From the NCBI GenBank assembly GCA_963768175.1, contig CAVYGQ010000001.1, positions 840,717 through 904,716 of the forward strand: 64,000 nt of DNA, read 5' to 3'. The notes under the pieces were generated by a model. It saw only the letters and a program-made list of their open reading frames with translations, searched no databases and was not told where the DNA came from. Positions 61,165 to 64,000 of the stretch are shown here, one piece after another. The stretch is from Candidatus Doudnabacteria bacterium. Its GTDB lineage: Bacteria > Patescibacteriota > Doudnabacteria > UBA920. A program made the position numbers and the translations under genes. The first letter of the stretch is position 1, and each line of letters opens with the position of its first letter.

Positions 61165-61303
61165 AGAGTGTTGCACGGGGGTTTGGCATACATCTTAAAG
61201 TTTGATTGGCCGGGTTTGACGTAATTTTAGTGATAGTTTATTATGAAGGTAATCAGAGGGAAAAGTTTGACAAGATTTTGAAAATTATATTAAGCAAAAA
61301 TTT

Positions 61304-61900
61304 ATGGCAAAGAAAGAAAAAACATCGTTTTTTGGCAAGATAATGGGGGGAAACGTTACAGAGGACACGGTTGTGACGCAGCCTGTTTCACAAACGCAGG
61401 AAGAAGATCTGGCTGAAGAACTCGCGCCGGATGATGACAATATAGTGGAGGAACGGGAAATGGTCATAGAGGAAGACTTGGTAGAGCCAGCTGTGCCGGC
61501 AGAGAAGGCCGCGGGGCAACAGGAGGCAGGTCAAGCCAAAGAAGGCAACGAGGAATGGCTTAACGACTTTGAGGGCCAGCTGAACATAGATATGTATCAG
61601 ACCAAGGACAATGTTATTATTAAGTCCACCATTGCCGGAGTCCGCCCCGAAGACATAGATATTACCGTGGCTAACGATATGGTAACCATAAGGGGCGCGC
61701 GCAAAAAAGACGAGAATATCCCGCAGGACGATTATTTTTACCAGGAATGCTACTGGGGCAATTTTTCCCGCTCGGTCATTATTCCCGTGGACATTGAAAG
61801 CGAAAGCATTGAAGCCGACCTAAAAGATGGTATTCTGACAGTGATTATACCAAAGGCGGCTAAGGCGAAGACAAAGAAAGTAAAAGTAAAAGGTTTATAG
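61304..61900 (+). CDS. Hsp20/alpha-crystallin family small heat-shock protein with acidic N-terminal extension
   Basis: 198 aa. DMYQTKDNVIIKSTIAGVRPEDIDITV...GILTVIIPK is the alpha-crystallin domain. Confidence 0.85.
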   Translation: MAKKEKTSFFGKIMGGNVTEDTVVTQPVSQTQEEDLAEELAPDDDNIVEEREMVIEEDLVEPAVPAEKAAGQQEAGQAKEGNEEWLNDFEGQLNIDMYQTKDNVIIKSTIAGVRPEDIDITVANDMVTIRGARKKDENIPQDDYFYQECYWGNFSRSVIIPVDIESESIEADLKDGILTVIIPKAAKAKTKKVKVKGL

Positions 61901-61935
61901 TGCTTAGTGCTTAGTGCTTAGTGCTTAGTGCTTAG
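61898..61935 (+). repeat. Heptamer tandem array (TGCTTAG x5) starting at the hsp20 stop codon
   Basis: TAG TGCTTAG TGCTTAG TGCTTAG TGCTTAG TGCTTAG. TAG recurs every 7 nt and therefore in all three frames. Confidence 0.9.
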
Positions 61936-61989
61936 AGAGTAGTGAATCCGCCTTCGCTAAAGCTACGGCGGACAAGTAGGATAAAACAC

Positions 61990-62235
61990 ATGAAAATTGT
62001 CAGAAATATTTATCAATACACCGCGGTATTTGAACCTGACAAAAAACGGGGCGGATTTACCGTGACCATTCCTTTTTTGCCAGGGTGTATTTCCGAAGGC
62101 GATACTTTTGAACAAGCTACCTTAAACATTCAGGAAGCCGCTGAGCTTTATCTTGAAGTAATGAAAAAGAAGAGAACAAAAATCTTGCGGGAAGAAAAAG
62201 GCGTGGTTGTGGCGCCCATTCAAGTTAGAGCTTAA
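61990..62235 (+). CDS. hicB: HicB-family antitoxin (UPF0150)
   Basis: ATG 61990: YTAVFEPDKKRGGFTVTIPFLPGCISEGDTFEQATLNIQEAAELYLE. Confidence 0.75.
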   Translation: MKIVRNIYQYTAVFEPDKKRGGFTVTIPFLPGCISEGDTFEQATLNIQEAAELYLEVMKKKRTKILREEKGVVVAPIQVRA

Positions 62236-62236
62236 T

Positions 62237-62455
62237 ATGCCAAAATTACCCGTTCTTACACCCAGAGTGGTTTGCAAGGCTTTGGAAAGAGCGGGTTTTG
62301 TTTTGGTTCGGCAAAAAGGCAGCCATAAAATGTATTTAAAAGATAGTTTAGGAGTAACCGTCCCGTATCACAACAAGGATTTAAAACCAAAAACTCTAAA
62401 ACACATTATTCAGGCATCCGGAATGGACTTGGTTGAGTTTATGGATTTGCTGTAA
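62237..62455 (+). CDS. hicA: HicA-family mRNA interferase toxin
   Basis: ATG 62237: LTPRVVCKALERAGFVLVRQKGSHKMYLKD...VPYHNKDLKPKTLKHIIQ. Confidence 0.8.
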   Translation: MPKLPVLTPRVVCKALERAGFVLVRQKGSHKMYLKDSLGVTVPYHNKDLKPKTLKHIIQASGMDLVEFMDLL

Positions 62456-62504
62456 AAGTTATTTAACAATTCCGCTCCCAAAAGGCGCGGGATTTTGAAT
62501 ACAA

Positions 62505-62545
62505 AAAGAAAAGGCAAGTCGCGACGGCCTGCCTTCAATACTGGA
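62505..62545 (-). terminator. Rho-independent terminator (minus strand)
   Basis: Minus strand: AAGGCAG gccgtcgcgac TTGCCTT followed by TTCTTTTTG. Confidence 0.55.
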
Positions 62546-62619
62546 GAGATGTCGCTCTTCCGGGCGCTTTGCGTTGGTACCCCGCAAAGCGGGTTTGTGA
62601 TGTGACGCCCAATTTCCAT

Positions 62620-62883
62620 TCAGATGGACGGCAAGTCTTTCCTTTTTTGGAACTCTTGATAAGAGATTTTTTCGCCGTTGGGCAAAAGGACGTGGGTTAT
62701 TGGTTGATTCCAAACAAGCTTCCGCCGATGGTCAAAAACAAGATACTCACAACTCAATTTACCAGAGCCTTTGCAAAAGCCGCACGCTTTTGCTACCGTG
62801 TCGCCTGGGTCAACTGGCCCCCAAAGTCCTGTCATACAGCAGTGGTGGCATCCGGTTATTATGAGTTTAGTTTTTATTTTCAT
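62620..62883 (-). CDS. Small zinc-finger protein (87 aa), islet F
   Basis: From ATG 62883, 1 nt after the upstream stop: GCHHCC..., CGFCKGSGK (CxxCxGxG knuckle). The longer track start 62922 overlaps the upstream gene. Confidence 0.5.
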   Translation of the reverse strand: MKIKTKLIITGCHHCCMTGLWGPVDPGDTVAKACGFCKGSGKLSCEYLVFDHRRKLVWNQPITHVLLPNGEKISYQEFQKRKDLPSI

Positions 62884-62884
62884 T

Positions 62885-63130
62885 CTACTTATCCCCGAGT
62901 TTTTCAAGAAGGTCAAGGACACCCCCGTAAAGCAGGTACCAAACGGAGAAAACCTTCAGCCCAATTGCTCCAAGCATAGCCGCACTGACTAACAACACTT
63001 TGCCGATAGTTCCTCCGAACACTAAGGCAAGAACAACGAGAAACAGAGCGGCGATGAAAAGGGATAGCGAGATTTTTCCGCAAACCCGTTTTTCCCTCTC
63101 AAAACTCAGTTCTTTGTCCGTATCCATCAT
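62885..63130 (-). CDS. Small membrane protein (81 aa), islet F
   Basis: ATG preceded by AAGGAGG. Two hydrophobic helices. Confidence 0.55.
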   Translation of the reverse strand: MMDTDKELSFEREKRVCGKISLSLFIAALFLVVLALVFGGTIGKVLLVSAAMLGAIGLKVFSVWYLLYGGVLDLLEKLGDK

Positions 63131-63285
63131 AGTTTCCTCCTTGGGGATTGAGCTTTATAATCGTCAAAAAATGAAAAATAGTCAATAAAAATCGACTATT
63201 TATTTAGTGGATATAAATTTTATTAGTAAACATTGATTAAATATGTTATATTTTTGTTGTCAGAAAGCAATGACAAATATTGTTT

Positions 63286-64000
63286 ATGGAAGAAGAATTG
63301 CAAAAATTAGGCTTAAGTGAGCACGAAGCCAAAATATATTTGGCGGCTTTGAGTTTGGGTCCTTCATCGGCGGCCCAAATATCGACGCAGACTAGTATAA
63401 AGCGGCCCACTGTTTATTTGGCTTTGGACAGTTTAATTAAGCAAGGATTAGTTTTAGAAAATTTTGCCGGGAAAAAGAGGTTGTTTGAGGCTGAGAAGCC
63501 TCAAAAGTTAGAAAAGCTGACCAAACGAATGAGGCGGCAAGTTATTGATGCGGAAATTTTGTTAGAAAGCGTATTGCCGGGACTAATTAAACTTCCTAAA
63601 CAATACTCACAAGAGCCGAAAGTAAGTTTTTATTCAGGAGAAGAAGGTTTAAAAAATATTGCGCTTGAAATTTCAGCTTGCTCATCTTCCTGGTATGCTT
63701 TTGGCTCCGGCGCAAAAATATTGGAAAAACTTGCAAAATTCAAAAGGATGGACATACTTTACGATTCTTGGGATATACGCAGTAGCCCGAGCAGGCCGAA
63801 AATTTATATAATTACAGACGCAGGAGTTTTTTCTTTGGGAAAAGAATGGGAAAAAAACAAAACTCCCTGGCGGGAAGTAAAGATTTTACCCGGGATCATT
63901 GGTGTCGGCTCCGGACTTATTATTTATGAAGATAAAGTGGCAGTATTGAGTCTTGAAAATAAACCTTTTGTTGCGGTAATTAAGAGCAAAGAGGTTGTGG
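63286..64000 (+). CDS. TrmB-like winged-HTH transcriptional regulator (paralog 4), 3' end beyond window
   Basis: My translation: MEEELQKLGLSEHEAKIYLAALSLGPSSAAQISTQTSIKRPTVYLALDSLIKQGLV..., open to the window end. Confidence 0.75.
   Translation, partial: MEEELQKLGLSEHEAKIYLAALSLGPSSAAQISTQTSIKRPTVYLALDSLIKQGLVLENFAGKKRLFEAEKPQKLEKLTKRMRRQVIDAEILLESVLPGLIKLPKQYSQEPKVSFYSGEEGLKNIALEISACSSSWYAFGSGAKILEKLAKFKRMDILYDSWDIRSSPSRPKIYIITDAGVFSLGKEWEKNKTPWREVKILPGIIGVGSGLIIYEDKVAVLSLENKPFVAVIKSKEVV

Overview
This 64 kb window is a gene-dense, low-GC bacterial chromosome segment. Hand-counted 60-nt samples give about 28-42% GC in ordinary genes. The style suggests a reduced-genome lineage such as Patescibacteria/CPR, but this is inference only: small housekeeping genes, a membrane-anchored MurF, four TrmB-like HTH paralogs, CCA encoded in every tRNA, and very dense short palindromic repeats. 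Recognisable content: PBP1A (partial), tyrS, ruvC, yebC, rsmI, gyrA, rpsA, infB, rbfA, a DHH/NrnA-like protein, rlmH and rnhB. Peptidoglycan genes are murA (with an XRE-HTH fusion), murF, alr and ddl. There is a polyamine cluster (two PLP decarboxylases plus a homospermidine synthase-like gene) and a prs-pyrE-pyrF-pyrD operon. Also present are mgtA, hsp20, two type II TA pairs (RHH/RelE-like, HicAB), 12 ordinary tRNAs and several membrane or hypothetical genes. Most unusual observations: (1) a tRNA gene interrupted exactly after position 37 by a 127-nt insert that is closed by a perfect 13-bp helix and contains a complete second tRNA (48571-48771). (2) Two diverged copies of a head-to-head TrmB-like HTH / stand-alone receiver-like gene pair bracket infB and split the usual infB-rbfA-DHH arrangement. 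(3) Six short GC-rich islets with AGGAGG-type ribosome binding sites sit in the low-GC background, including a second pyrF-pyrE pair and a beta-barrel-like secreted protein. (4) Several families of palindromic elements are inserted in frame into housekeeping genes (murF, rnhB, murA, hss, rsmI, rbfA, mgtA and others). (5) An operon encodes an unknown 487-aa protein, a Ddl-like ATP-grasp enzyme and an M19 dipeptidase. All protein calls rest on motif recognition by eye. No database search or folding computation was possible.
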